A DNA stretch of 64,000 nt from a cyanobacterium endosymbiont of Rhopalodia gibba (GCA_045159875.1 CP067995.1:224001-288000); one strand, 5' to 3'; counted from the stretch's first letter, positions 23,830 to 34,572 are shown. A program made the numbers and translations. Notes: generated by a model not told the origin, from the sequence alone.

Positions 23830-24600
23830 AAAATCATTTATTCGCTTTCTGGAATTGTGTTTCCACAATCACCACATTTACCTTATCAAGACTCGACTCT
23901 GATCGCACCTCACAATGCATTCAAACAAACAATTTACCTTCTGAATTTGTTGCCAATCGGTTTTAAGTCTACTAGTAGCAAATCTCAGTTTTTAGGGTAG
24001 AACCTAAATACCCCCGACACCAACAAAGTCGTTAGCAGCCACTACATTGATAATAATTTTAGCAAGCTCTTCAATGACTTCAGTATTGGGAAAATCTACT
24101 CCTAGAATTTCTTTTTTTTATTAAAATTGATCATGAATTTATTGATCTTGCTTTCAAATTTCGTTTCAATCACCACTAAGTCTGTATTGATGGTGGAGAC
24201 CATACAAAAACCTAATTATTTTTTAACTGGTCCGTTGAGCTTAATTCAATAAATTTTTACCAACTTCTTCAGTTTTGTCAGCAATGAGTTCAATGGACAG
24301 AACATAGCTAATCACTTTTTTGATCTCGTTTTTTTGTATTTTTTTGAGGCAATAGGTTGATTAAGTTGATTAAATCGGCAGCTTTCTCTTCTAACTCTCC
24401 TTAATTAACTTCCATCGATTGTGCCATCTATTTTGACGGGGCGTGGGGAGGTTAACTGTTACACTTTAGTAAGCAACGTCGTAATCGTTCTTAACGGATG
24501 TTAATGCAAGCAAGGTCGCATTAGTTTGTTTGAATGACGACAAAAACTAATTTATCAATGCTTTTGACTCCTCAACAATGAGATGAACATATTTGTTTAG
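23830..24600 (-). pseudogene. Probable decayed gene, family not recognised
   Basis: Protein-like fragments MAQSMEVN*GELEEKAADLINL, KVISYVLSIELIADKTEEV, ILGVDFPNTEVIEELAKIII and LKTDWQQIQK. Confidence 0.35.
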
Positions 24601-24808
24601 TCTAAATTATTTTTATCTACCTTAATAAAGGAACAACTCGAATAGTTATATTTATAATCGATAAATTATCGAAATTAATATATCATTTTTAAATCTAGAG
24701 GATACATCTCTTGTTAAGGTAAATCTAGTATTAGGAGATTGAGTCCAGTTAACTTTTCAGATTATCCTATAATTAGGGTGTTCAATATTTATTAGTTAAC
24801 AATAGTAC

Positions 24809-24976
24809 TCAATTTTTATCATCAAAATACTCATTCCCAGAAGGATTAATTTCATCTTTAAATTCCCGTAGAGTTTTTCCCAAAGTAGATCCAATTTTAG
24901 GAATTTTTTTAGGACCAAAAATCAATAAAGCAACACCGATAATAACGACTACTTCCGTCCATCCTAATCCAAACAT
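24809..24976 (-). CDS. tatA: Sec-independent translocase TatA/E (55 aa; absent from the ORF track)
   Basis: MFGLGWTEVVVIIGVALLIFGPKKIPKIGSTLGKTLREFKDEI; ggag Shine-Dalgarno upstream. Confidence 0.92.
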   Translation of the reverse strand: MFGLGWTEVVVIIGVALLIFGPKKIPKIGSTLGKTLREFKDEINPSGNEYFDDKN

Positions 24977-25212
24977 ATTAACTCCAGATACTACAACGAT
25001 TAATTCGGTTTAATCAATAAACTACTAGTAATATTCTATGCTAGAAAAACACCGAAGTTCAAAGGATAACACTGAATTAATGTCTTAACGTAATGTTAGA
25101 ATAGCCAAGGCTACAACAATTGAGTTTGATGCTAGTGGAGAATTGCTTGAATAAATCTTGCCTTGTGTAGCACTCATCGCTAATTATTCGAAAATCCTAG
25201 CTAATAAGCGGT

Positions 25213-25959
25213 ATGTTAGACACTTCACCCGTTTCTGTTCACTCTCAATTCAACCCCTTGATACGACTACTCGCTGATGTTATTCAATATCATTGGGAAC
25301 AATATTTCCCCCTAATCTCCTATGAATTACCCGACGGGTTAGGACATGTGGAAGGAAAACTTGGAGGAAAAGAAGTGGTGATTGAAAATCAATGTTATCA
25401 AACTCCTCAGTTCCGTAAACTCCATTTAGAATTTGGAAAAATAGGACAGGAATTGGATATTCTTCATTGTGTGATGTTTCCTCATCCTAGTTATTCTCTA
25501 CCTATGTTCGGTTGTGATATCGCAGCAAGTCCTGAAAGAGTAAGTGCGGCAATCGCAGATTTAGATACCGCTAACCGAGAACTGACTCTTACTTCAGAAA
25601 ACCACCAAGCCCTATCAAAATCACCAGTTTTGGAGTTTTCTGAATCGCGTCAATTACCCGAATGGGGCGATATTTTCTCCGACTATTGTTTATTTATTTC
25701 TCCAACTGACCCAGAAGAAGAAACTCAATTTTTGTCTCGTGTAGCTGAATTTTTGAAGATTCACTGTCAGACTGCGGTAGATTCTCAAACTGTTTCTAGT
25801 AAACAACAAATATCTAACTTAGCCCGACAGTATTACTATTGCACAAAGCAACAACAAAAGGATAAAACCCGTCGAGTTATAGAAAAAACGTTTGGTAAAA
25901 AATGGGCTAATAAATATATGACTCAAGTGTTGTTTGACTTACCTACCCAAGATAAATAA
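25213..25959 (+). CDS. pcyA: Phycocyanobilin:ferredoxin oxidoreductase
   Basis: FRKLHLE, LDILHCVMFP, PMFGCDI, LPEWGDIFS and DKTRR motifs. Confidence 0.93.
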   Translation: MLDTSPVSVHSQFNPLIRLLADVIQYHWEQYFPLISYELPDGLGHVEGKLGGKEVVIENQCYQTPQFRKLHLEFGKIGQELDILHCVMFPHPSYSLPMFGCDIAASPERVSAAIADLDTANRELTLTSENHQALSKSPVLEFSESRQLPEWGDIFSDYCLFISPTDPEEETQFLSRVAEFLKIHCQTAVDSQTVSSKQQISNLARQYYYCTKQQQKDKTRRVIEKTFGKKWANKYMTQVLFDLPTQDK

Positions 25960-26055
25960 ACTCTTGAAAAGTCACTCTAAAAAGACAGCGAGAAAAGTTT
26001 TTAGTTTCAAAAATATGACTTCCTACCAAAAAATAATTAGAGGAAACATTTGAGA

Positions 26056-26649
26056 ATGAATGAAAAAGTAAGACTATTAGAAGTGATCGCCGGAAAAAAT
26101 CGAGGGTTATTAGCGACGGAAATGGATCGGGTAAGAGTTCTTTCGGCCTTAGAACAACTTGAAGATCATAATCCCATTCCTCAAACTTTAGAAGCAAAAG
26201 AATTACTCGATGGGAATTGGCGGTTACTCTATACCACAAGTAAGGAAATTTTAGGACTTGATCGCCTTCCCGTATTGCAATTAGGAGAAATTTATCAATG
26301 TCTTCGCATGGCTGACGGGAAACTTTACAATATTGCTGAAATTATTGGAGTACCTTTTTTAGAAGGATTAGTGAGTGTTATAGCTAGGCTTGAAGTCGTC
26401 TCTGACAGGCGAGTTAATATTAAATTTGAACGTTATATTATTGGTTCCCAAAGGTTATTAGGATATCGATCACCTAATCAGCTAATTAAAGATATTGAAG
26501 CAGGAAAAAAGTTTTTTTCTCTAGATTTTAATATCGAAAGTCAAGAACAACAGGGATGGTTAGAAATTACTTATTTGGATGATAATCTTCGAGTAGGAAG
26601 AGGAAATGAAGGAAATGTATTCGTTTTATCTAAAGAAAAGGGTATTTAA
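26056..26649 (+). CDS. PAP/fibrillin family protein
   Basis: AGKNRGL, LLDGNWRLLYTTS and GWLEITYLDDNLRVGRGNEG motifs. Confidence 0.92.
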   Translation: MNEKVRLLEVIAGKNRGLLATEMDRVRVLSALEQLEDHNPIPQTLEAKELLDGNWRLLYTTSKEILGLDRLPVLQLGEIYQCLRMADGKLYNIAEIIGVPFLEGLVSVIARLEVVSDRRVNIKFERYIIGSQRLLGYRSPNQLIKDIEAGKKFFSLDFNIESQEQQGWLEITYLDDNLRVGRGNEGNVFVLSKEKGI

Positions 26650-27009
26650 CTTATTTTAAAAAGGATTAAGCCAATATTATGTTTTTTTCTCTAGATTATT
26701 GATATTTTGACACTTATTGGGTAAGAAATACCGGTTATTCATAATAATAGTAGAGTAAATTACTAGTTAATAACTTTCAAAACTCTTTTGGACTAAACGT
26801 GATTCGATGGCTCCTATAACTGCTATCGCCAATTTATATATCTTCTTTATCTATCACACTAACTTTATCTTGTGTTCTTTGAGGAATTTTTTGAGCTTTA
26901 CTTAACCAAAATTTCTTTTCTAGTCCAATTCTTAGAAAGACCCTTAAACGAAGAGATGACACTAACTAATCTGGCTATACCTAACTGATGATATAAAATT
27001 AACTAGCAA

Positions 27010-27300
27010 GCCAGGTCAAAAAACTTCGGAGTTAAAAATTGACGGAATTTCTAAATTGATAAGCTCTCGTTTCAATCAACTTCAATTTATTATTGATACC
27101 TTCTACTGTTACTTGCTGTTACTTGGTAAAAATAGGCGATAATTTCTTCCAATATAACATCCAGTCTAAGTGTTATATTGCTTTTTTACATCAATTAACT
27201 AATTTTAATAGTCTTTATATTCCATAAAATTTTTAAAAAATTGTTATGAGTTTCCCTTTTATTTAATTGGTGCGTTTTTGAGAGAACTGGTCAAGTTTAA
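27010..27300 (-). mobile_element. ISL3 transposase C-terminal remnant
   Basis: EEIIAYF.../VEGINNKLKLIETRAYQFRNSVNF*LRS. Confidence 0.85.
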
Positions 27301-27534
27301 CACACTTTATTTCTTTGTTTTTTATTCTTTACTTGAATATTCTCATTTTTTAAATAAAAAATGTTTACTATTATTTAACCCTGACAAGATTTTTTCTTTT
27401 TAATTAGTGCTTTCAAGCCCTACTTATTTAAGCTCACCTACTTCTCATCGAACATCTGTGTCCCTAAAACCGTTAACATTTTCATAGGTGCAGTATAAAA
27501 AATCCTTAAGATTGTTCTACAAGGAGAACTTAAA

Positions 27535-28602
27535 ATGATAATTTTCGATACCCAATCGATTTTAGAAGTCTTACGTCCAGTTCAGGACCCTGAACTTCAG
27601 AAAAGTTTAGTAGACTTAAATATGATTCGTAATGTAGTCATTGATGGCTCCCGAGTCAGTTTTACTTTAGTCTTGACTACTTCTGCTTGTCCTTTAAGAG
27701 AATTTATCGTTGAAGATTGTAAAAAAGCCGTTGAACAATTACCGGGAGTAAAAACTGTTGAAGTAGAAGTAACCTCCGAAACCCCTCAACAAAAAGTGTT
27801 ACCGAATCAACAATCTGTCGCTGGAACCAAAAATATTATCGCTATTTCGAGTGGTAAAGGAGGCGTGGGAAAAAGCACCGTTGCGGTAAATATAGCTGTT
27901 GCTTTAGCCCAAACAGGAGCCAAAGTCGGTTTACTCGATGCTGACATTTACGGTCCCAATGTTCCGATTATGTTAGGATTAGCCAGCACCGGATTCAAGG
28001 TAGAACAGGGGGACCACAGAGAAGTCCTAGAGCCTGCCTTTAATTATGGGGTCAAAATAGTGTCCATGGGCTTTTTAATTGACCCTGATCAACCTGTTAT
28101 CTGGCGTGGTCCAATGCTAAATAGCATTATCCGTCAATTTCTCTATCAATTCAATTGGGGAGCTTTAGATTATTTAGTGGTAGATATGCCCCCAGGAACT
28201 GGAGACGCTCAATTAACTCTCGCTCAAGCAGTTCCTATGGCAGGTGCTGTCATTGTTACCACTCCTCAAGCCGTATCTTTGTTAGATGCTCGTCGTGGGC
28301 TAAAAATGTTCCAACAATTAGGGGTTAATGTGTTGGGATTGGTGGAAAATATGAGCTATTTTATTCCCCCTGACTTACCTGATCGCACTTACGATCTATT
28401 TGGTTCGGGTGGGGGTGAAAAGGCTTCTAGAGAATTAAATGTTCCCTTACTCGGTTGTATTCCTCTCGAAATTGCCTTACGTGAAGGAGGAGATCAAGGA
28501 ATTCCGATTGTTATAGCTGCCCCTGAATCGGTTTCCGCTAAAGCATTAACCGCAATTGCCCAACAAATTGCTGCTAGGGTATCGGTAGCTGCTTTAACCT
28601 AA
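27535..28602 (+). CDS. mrp: Mrp/NBP35 (ApbC) Fe-S cluster carrier ATPase
   Basis: N-terminal DUF59; SGKGGVGKS, DADIYGP, WRGPM, DMPPGTGD and VENMS motifs. Confidence 0.95.
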   Translation: MIIFDTQSILEVLRPVQDPELQKSLVDLNMIRNVVIDGSRVSFTLVLTTSACPLREFIVEDCKKAVEQLPGVKTVEVEVTSETPQQKVLPNQQSVAGTKNIIAISSGKGGVGKSTVAVNIAVALAQTGAKVGLLDADIYGPNVPIMLGLASTGFKVEQGDHREVLEPAFNYGVKIVSMGFLIDPDQPVIWRGPMLNSIIRQFLYQFNWGALDYLVVDMPPGTGDAQLTLAQAVPMAGAVIVTTPQAVSLLDARRGLKMFQQLGVNVLGLVENMSYFIPPDLPDRTYDLFGSGGGEKASRELNVPLLGCIPLEIALREGGDQGIPIVIAAPESVSAKALTAIAQQIAARVSVAALT

Positions 28603-28637
28603 GTTAAAAAATTATTTCAAATGAGGAGTTGTCCTAA

Positions 28638-29891
28638 ATGATGCCTAGACTTGCTAAAAGACGACGTTTACCTTTGTGGTTATATAACCTAGCCCAAGTT
28701 GATTGGCTATTAATGTTTTTAATTGTGGGTTTAACCGGTCTAGGAGGGTTGATGATCCGCAGTACCGAACTTCTAGAAGGATCGGTAGATTGGTGGCAAC
28801 ATTGGGTTTTTGGGATAATAGGGTTAGTGATCACTTTGACGTTAGCTCGCTGGAGATATGAACCTCTTATACAGTTACATTGGGTGACCTACGCTATCAC
28901 CAATATTTCTCTCATTGCGGTGATTATCATTGGAGTAGCGGCTAACGGGGCGCAAAGTTGGATTAGCATTGGTAGCTTTAATATTCAACCTTCAGAATTT
29001 GCTAAAGTAGGTCTAATTATTACCTTAGGGGCTCTGTTACATGAAAGACAAGCCACAACAATCCCAGCCGTATTAAGAATTTTTGCGGTAACGGCAGTTC
29101 CTTGGGTGCTGATCATGTTACAGCCAGATTTAGGGACAGGGTTAGTTTTTACAGCAATTACCTTAGGAATGTTGTATTGGGCAAACATGCACCCAGGATG
29201 GCTCATTTTAATTCTATCTCCCCTAGTTTCTGCAATGTTGGTCAACGTATTGCCCCTGGGTTGGATTATCTGGACAGTGATCATGGGGTCAATTGCTTGG
29301 TTTACTTTACCCCTGCGTTTTGTTTTTGCCATGGGGGCGGTCGCTGTTAATATAGTAGCAGGGCAATTAAGTGGTGTGTTATGGAGATTACTCCAAGACT
29401 ACCAGAAGGATCGCTTAACTCTTTTTTTAGAGCCAGAAAAAAATCCCCTTGGTGGAGGTTATCAGTTAATTCAGTCCCGCATTGCTATTGGTTCGGGAGA
29501 ATTGTGGGGACGAGGACTGCATCAGGGAACTCAAACTCAACTAAATTTTATTCCTGAACAACATACGGATTTTATTTTTGCGGCAGTCGGAGAAGAGTTT
29601 GGTTTTATTGGCAGTATTTGTGTTTTATTTGCCTTTTGGTTAATTTGTTTTCGCTTAGTAATTATTGCCTGTCAGGCTAAAGAAAACTTCGGGTCTTTAT
29701 TAGCTGTTGGAATGTTATCAATGATCGCATTTCAGGTTGTTGTTAATATATGTATGACGGTCGGTTTAGCCCCTATTACAGGAATTCCTTTGCCCTGGTT
29801 AAGTTATGGTAGATCAGCATTACTAACTAATTTTATTGGTCTAGGTTTGGTGGAATCTGTTGCTAATTATCGTACCCAGAAAAGACTCTAG
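28638..29891 (+). CDS. rodA: Rod shape-determining protein RodA (SEDS)
   Basis: QPSEFAK, QPDLGT, PEQHTDFIF and GIPLPWLSYG motifs. Confidence 0.95.
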   Translation: MMPRLAKRRRLPLWLYNLAQVDWLLMFLIVGLTGLGGLMIRSTELLEGSVDWWQHWVFGIIGLVITLTLARWRYEPLIQLHWVTYAITNISLIAVIIIGVAANGAQSWISIGSFNIQPSEFAKVGLIITLGALLHERQATTIPAVLRIFAVTAVPWVLIMLQPDLGTGLVFTAITLGMLYWANMHPGWLILILSPLVSAMLVNVLPLGWIIWTVIMGSIAWFTLPLRFVFAMGAVAVNIVAGQLSGVLWRLLQDYQKDRLTLFLEPEKNPLGGGYQLIQSRIAIGSGELWGRGLHQGTQTQLNFIPEQHTDFIFAAVGEEFGFIGSICVLFAFWLICFRLVIIACQAKENFGSLLAVGMLSMIAFQVVVNICMTVGLAPITGIPLPWLSYGRSALLTNFIGLGLVESVANYRTQKRL

Positions 29892-30041
29892 TTATCAACC
29901 AAAAGCTACTTGATATTTGATAATTTAGTTTAATATCTTTTGTTCAACGAAGAAAAAACAATTACAATAAACTTTCTTCATGTTTTTTCGCTCTAAGATG
30001 AAGAAGCAAAGAGTAAAAAACTTTTTAAAGTAGCTATTCAA

Positions 30042-30323
30042 CTACTTCCGCTCATAGGCTCCATGAACTTTAGCATAATAGTCTAAAATTTTTTGGATCT
30101 GGTGTTTTTCTGGGATATTAAGGGAACTAGGATACTGAACTAGTAAGGTTTCCACTTGACTTTGAGTATAATCAAACTGTTCTGACTGTTGAGGAATTAA
30201 CTCAGTGGTAACTCCCTCAACTTGTTGCAAATGAGCCGCTAATTCTCGATATACTGCTAGAGGTAAATTAGGATAGGTAATTTGCTCCTGTTGTTGTTTA
30301 ACTGTTGTTTGCTTCACGTCCAT
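30042..30323 (-). CDS. Conserved cyanobacterial hypothetical protein
   Basis: LPLAVYRELAAHLQQVEGV...FDYTQSQV...ILDYYA. Confidence 0.8.
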   Translation of the reverse strand: MDVKQTTVKQQQEQITYPNLPLAVYRELAAHLQQVEGVTTELIPQQSEQFDYTQSQVETLLVQYPSSLNIPEKHQIQKILDYYAKVHGAYERK

Positions 30324-30389
30324 TACTTCAATTCTACCTCATCATAAACTTAAAGGTAGTTTACCAGTTTGACATTAATGCTGACCCTC

Positions 30390-30760
30390 TTTACGACCTC
30401 ATGATTTAGAAAGTTACTCATTAAATTCTGTTTTATGAGCTGATTTTAAGATATAAGAGCTTTTTGAACGGATGATAAGATTACCTTTCATTACATATCT
30501 AAAGAAATGATAACTCCTATCTTTTGATCTTTCGACTTGCAATAGAAATTTTTTACTCGAATATGCGAATAGTCTACACCACCAAAAAATATCATTGGCT
30601 ACATTGCAAGTTTAAGATTCGTCCTTTCCCAAAATAAATAATGTCACCTATATTTAGACTTAATAACACTAAACTTTTGGACTAATCAAATTAGGAACTT
30701 TAGCATCTTTTTCTTTCATGGTTTCTTTAACAGAAAGTTCAACCGGACCTTAGGGTTTTT
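30390..30760 (+). mobile_element. Possible IS630 C-terminal remnant
   Basis: RIVYTPK/..WL resembles IS630 VYTPKHxSWLN; heavily decayed. Confidence 0.35.
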
Positions 30761-30904
30761 CCTGAAAAACCACAAAATGCCTAAGCTATTGTGCTCTAGG
30801 ATAACATGAGGCTCATCCCTATTGATATTAACAGCTTAAACTTTTATCTTCCGATTGGGAAAGTTAGAAGTAGCCTTTACGTGACGAGTAAAGCTTTCCC
30901 CTCA

Positions 30905-31034
30905 TGAATAGGAATGATAGAGTTGCACCTGAAGTTTTGGGATGTTGAAGTGAATTAAGAGCTGAATACATTTGTGTAAACTTCCTTCCACGTGCATTTG
31001 TTGCAAATCTAAATAAAGGAATATTATCTCAATT
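30905..31034 (-). repeat. Degenerate tandem duplicate of the aroH 3' region
   Basis: Matches about 31075-31204 at a 170-bp offset; for example cttccttccacgtgcatttgttgcaaatct occurs twice. Confidence 0.93.
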
Positions 31035-31407
31035 TCATAAAATTCCAGTCGGGGCGAAGGTTACGAGCATCTCGTAAATAAGAATGATATATTTCTACTT
31101 GAGGCTTTGGGGTGTTGAAGTGAATTAAGAGCCGAATACATCTGTGTAAGCTTCCTTCCACGTGCATTTGTTGCAAATCTAATAAAGGAACATTATCCCA
31201 GTTCGGACGTTGACGGGCGATCGCCGCTGGAAAGATGGCATCAAGATCCTTGGTAGTGGTAAAGGTTGCACTAACTATGTCTTCGGGATCAAGTTGGTTG
31301 CGAATTTCGATCACCTCAAGTAATTCATTCACAGCATCCTTTATCGCTTCTTTGGTATTGTCTGATGCTGTGGTTGCTCCTCGAATGCCCCGCACTTTGC
31401 AATTCAC
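31024..31407 (-). CDS. aroH: Chorismate mutase, AroH class
   Basis: VRGIRGATT, DLDAIFPA and QMHVEGSL.RCIR motifs; GTG start at 31407 with ggaggg upstream. Confidence 0.95.
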   Translation of the reverse strand: MNCKVRGIRGATTASDNTKEAIKDAVNELLEVIEIRNQLDPEDIVSATFTTTKDLDAIFPAAIARQRPNWDNVPLLDLQQMHVEGSLHRCIRLLIHFNTPKPQVEIYHSYLRDARNLRPDWNFMKLR

Positions 31408-31446
31408 AATCAAATCCCTCCGAAAACTTTTGCTTAACATTAGAGT

Positions 31447-32265
31447 TTAGGGTCGATATAACCATAATGGTTGGCCATTGGTCACTAACTCAAATTTAAC
31501 CCAATCTATTGCTACTCCTAACCCAGATTTGCTTTTATTGCGAGATAAAATTCGGCTCCATAGAGGTTTAGGTTGTTCAATCGTATAACATTGGGCTTGA
31601 TCGGGATTGAGTCCCGCTAATTCAGCCGCCCAGCGACGGGCATCTTCTTCAGTTCCTAGGCGATCAACCACTCCTAATTCTAAGGCCTGTTGTCCAGTAA
31701 AAATACGTCCATCAGCAAAACTTTTAACTTTCTCTACATCTAAATTACGACCTTGAGCAACGGTATTGACAAATTGTTGATAACTCACATCAATCATTTC
31801 TTGAAGAATAGTCTGTTCTTCTGCAGTTAATTCCCGATCGAAAGAAAGAATGTCTTTATAAGGACCAGATTTAATTACCTTAAAGGAAATCCCAACTTTA
31901 TCGAGGAACCGTTCGAGGTTGTTTCCTCGCAAAATAACTCCAATACTCCCAGTGATAGTTCCTGGGTTAGCAACAATATACTCTGCTCCTACCCCGATAT
32001 AAACGCCTCCAGAGGCAGAAATATTACCAAAACTTGCTACTACTTTGACTTTTTTTCTTAATTTTTTGAGTGCCTCGTAAATCTCTTGGGAATCTGCTAC
32101 CGTCCCCCCCGGGGAATCAATTCGGAGAAGTAAAGCGGGGAATTTTTTTTCTTTGACGATTTTTAAAGCTTTTAAAACATTTTTACGGGTTTCTGAGACA
32201 ATAGCACCATTAACTTCAATACGGGCAATTTGTTTAGTTGGTCTAGGTTTAAACGGCCAAATCAT
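31447..32265 (-). CDS. sppA: Signal peptide peptidase SppA (short form)
   Basis: RIDSPGG, SASGGVY, TGSIGV and KSGPYKD motifs. Confidence 0.93.
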   Translation of the reverse strand: MIWPFKPRPTKQIARIEVNGAIVSETRKNVLKALKIVKEKKFPALLLRIDSPGGTVADSQEIYEALKKLRKKVKVVASFGNISASGGVYIGVGAEYIVANPGTITGSIGVILRGNNLERFLDKVGISFKVIKSGPYKDILSFDRELTAEEQTILQEMIDVSYQQFVNTVAQGRNLDVEKVKSFADGRIFTGQQALELGVVDRLGTEEDARRWAAELAGLNPDQAQCYTIEQPKPLWSRILSRNKSKSGLGVAIDWVKFELVTNGQPLWLYRP

Positions 32266-32336
32266 AAGTGTTGTTTAATTGTTCAATAGATAAAGATGAA
32301 AATCATGGACTTTCTAGACTGAAGTATGATAGCAAC

Positions 32337-32452
32337 CAAAAACTGAAAGTCTCTTATTCTGAGTGTATTCCTTAACTCCAGACGCTTAATTTTTATAAAA
32401 ATTAAGTGTCTTAGATTTTGAAACCCTTGTAGAATAAGACTTTCAGTTTTTG
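32337..32452. repeat. Nested inverted-repeat element (MITE-like)
   Basis: Outer arms caaaaactgaaagtc(tc)ttattct / agaataagactttcagtttttg; inner palindrome 32381-32410 has one mismatched pair. Confidence 0.75.
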
Positions 32453-32543
32453 ACTTGATTGTAATGTCTTCATAGCTAGTTTAGAAAAGCCAACATTATT
32501 TTACCAAGTTCCTGATTGTAACATTTTTAATTGATGTTTTCCA

Positions 32544-34025
32544 TTAAGTCAATACTTTTAATTTTTGTAAACTGGAATCGCTACAGCCAATAACACTAGC
32601 TCCTAGAGCTAACACTGTTTGTAAATATTCTAAGGTCTGAGCGGTGATTTTTTCCCCTGGCATTAAGATGGGAATTCCTGGAGGATAAGGACAAATTAAA
32701 TCCCCACTAATTCTGCCAATACTACAGTTGAAATTAATCATTTCTGTTACAGCAAAAAAAGTTTCACGGGGGGAAAAGAGGGGATGAGAAGATTGGGGTA
32801 TGGGGAGATTGGGAGATGAGGGTATGGGGAGATTGGGAGAAAAATAGGAGTTACTTAGGATTTGGAAAGCTGATATGAGTTTAGTGATATCATCTGTTGT
32901 ATTACCCAGAGAAATAATAAATGCTAAATGACGTAACATGGGTAATTCTGCCGTTATTCCTAATTGTTGATGAAAAATTTCATCCACTTCAAAGCCACTT
33001 AATCCCAAGGCTGTAACATTCACTGTTAATCGCGTAGTATCTAAATAATGAAAACTGCCAAAAGGTTCTTTAAAATCTAAAATAGATAAACCTTGAATTT
33101 GACTTAATTGTTGCCTAGCTTTTTCAGAAAATTCAAGAGTTTTATCCAATAATTCTTTTCCATATAATGCCATTTGTTGTCTTGCTGCATCCAAAGATGC
33201 TAACAATAAATAACTCGGACTTGTGGACTCAATTAACTGTAAAGCACGACTAATTTTTTGGGGATCAATACGTGTACCTTGAAGATGTAACATAGCAGCC
33301 TGAGTCATCGCTCCTAACACCTTATGGGTCGATTGTACGGTTAAATCGGCTCCCATTGATAAAGCACAAGGCGGCAAGTCTTGATGAAAGGTAAAATGAC
33401 CCCCGTGAGCCTCATCGACCAGCAAAGGAATTCCCTGACGATGGGTTAGATCCGCGATCGATTTTATATCCCCACAAATACCATGGTAGGTGGGGTAAAC
33501 TATCATAACTGCCTTAACATCAGAATTTTCTTCTAACACCTGTTTTAAGGAATTTGGAGTAATGCTATAGGAAAGATCCCAAAGAGGATCATAGTAAGGA
33601 TTAAGAAAAATTGGAACCGCCCCCGACAGAATTAACCCCGCAATCGCTGATTGGTGAATATTACGGGGTAAAATAATCTTATCCCCTGGATTACAAGTAG
33701 CTAAAATTGCTGCAACAATACCACAAGTTGAACCATTCACTAAAAACCAGGTATTTTCTGCACCAAATGCCTCTGCTGCTAATTCCTGTGCTTTTTGAAT
33801 CACTCCTGATGGAGCAAACAAATTATCTAATTCGGGTAACTCTGGTAAGTCAGCAGTAAATACAGTTTTTCCTAGTAACTTTTCTAAGGATTGTGGTATT
33901 CCTTGCCCTTGTTTATGGCCAGGTGAATGAAAAGCTACATTTTTTTGAGCTATTGATGTTCTCAATGCACCAACGAGGGGCGTTTTAGATTGAGAGTTCA
34001 AAAATGTGTATTGCGATGGGATCAT
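32544..34025 (-). CDS. PLP-dependent Orn/Lys/Arg decarboxylase
   Basis: FHSPGHK, VNGST, RNIHQS, VDEAHG, QSTHK and CPYPPGIP motifs. Confidence 0.92.
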   Translation of the reverse strand: MIPSQYTFLNSQSKTPLVGALRTSIAQKNVAFHSPGHKQGQGIPQSLEKLLGKTVFTADLPELPELDNLFAPSGVIQKAQELAAEAFGAENTWFLVNGSTCGIVAAILATCNPGDKIILPRNIHQSAIAGLILSGAVPIFLNPYYDPLWDLSYSITPNSLKQVLEENSDVKAVMIVYPTYHGICGDIKSIADLTHRQGIPLLVDEAHGGHFTFHQDLPPCALSMGADLTVQSTHKVLGAMTQAAMLHLQGTRIDPQKISRALQLIESTSPSYLLLASLDAARQQMALYGKELLDKTLEFSEKARQQLSQIQGLSILDFKEPFGSFHYLDTTRLTVNVTALGLSGFEVDEIFHQQLGITAELPMLRHLAFIISLGNTTDDITKLISAFQILSNSYFSPNLPIPSSPNLPIPQSSHPLFSPRETFFAVTEMINFNCSIGRISGDLICPYPPGIPILMPGEKITAQTLEYLQTVLALGASVIGCSDSSLQKLKVLT

Positions 34026-34572
34026 CGGTTATGGAGCATCCGTTTATAATATTGACGTGTCTGGTAATTGATAGGGAGCATTTGGTCGTGCCCAAGGTTA
34101 AATTCGGATTTGATATAGTAATCAATCGTCCCTCTAAATAATATTCCTAAAAACTTTATAGTCCCTAACAATTAACTACTTGGCGTTGTATCAAACATAA
34201 CAGGGTGATCGCTGTCGAAGTAGAAGATATCAAAGTAATTGTCAGGAATAATCAAGGAATAGGATTTTGACCACATTTCTGTTACAAGCAACCAAGGACA
34301 AGGAACAAATGACAACTTTCATAAATCAATTGAGAAACTAATCCTTTTTAGCAATAGGAAATTGCTCCGGATTTGCAGATGGCGTTAGACTGGATATTAT
34401 TAAGTGACTAGTCTCACTAATAAAAAAATTGCTCAAGAAAGCCATAGAACTACTCACGAAGGTAGAGCATTGGGGAAAGCAGCAAATCTTATAATAGTTG
34501 ACTTTATACCTTTAGCATGAATACCTTTGGCGTAGCGGTCTTTGCCCTAAAGTTTCGCAAACGGAGAAGATT

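Noticed and set aside
24980..25200. psbH/psbN remnant upstream of tatA
   Set aside because: Expected from synteny in some cyanobacteria, but no convincing residues are seen.
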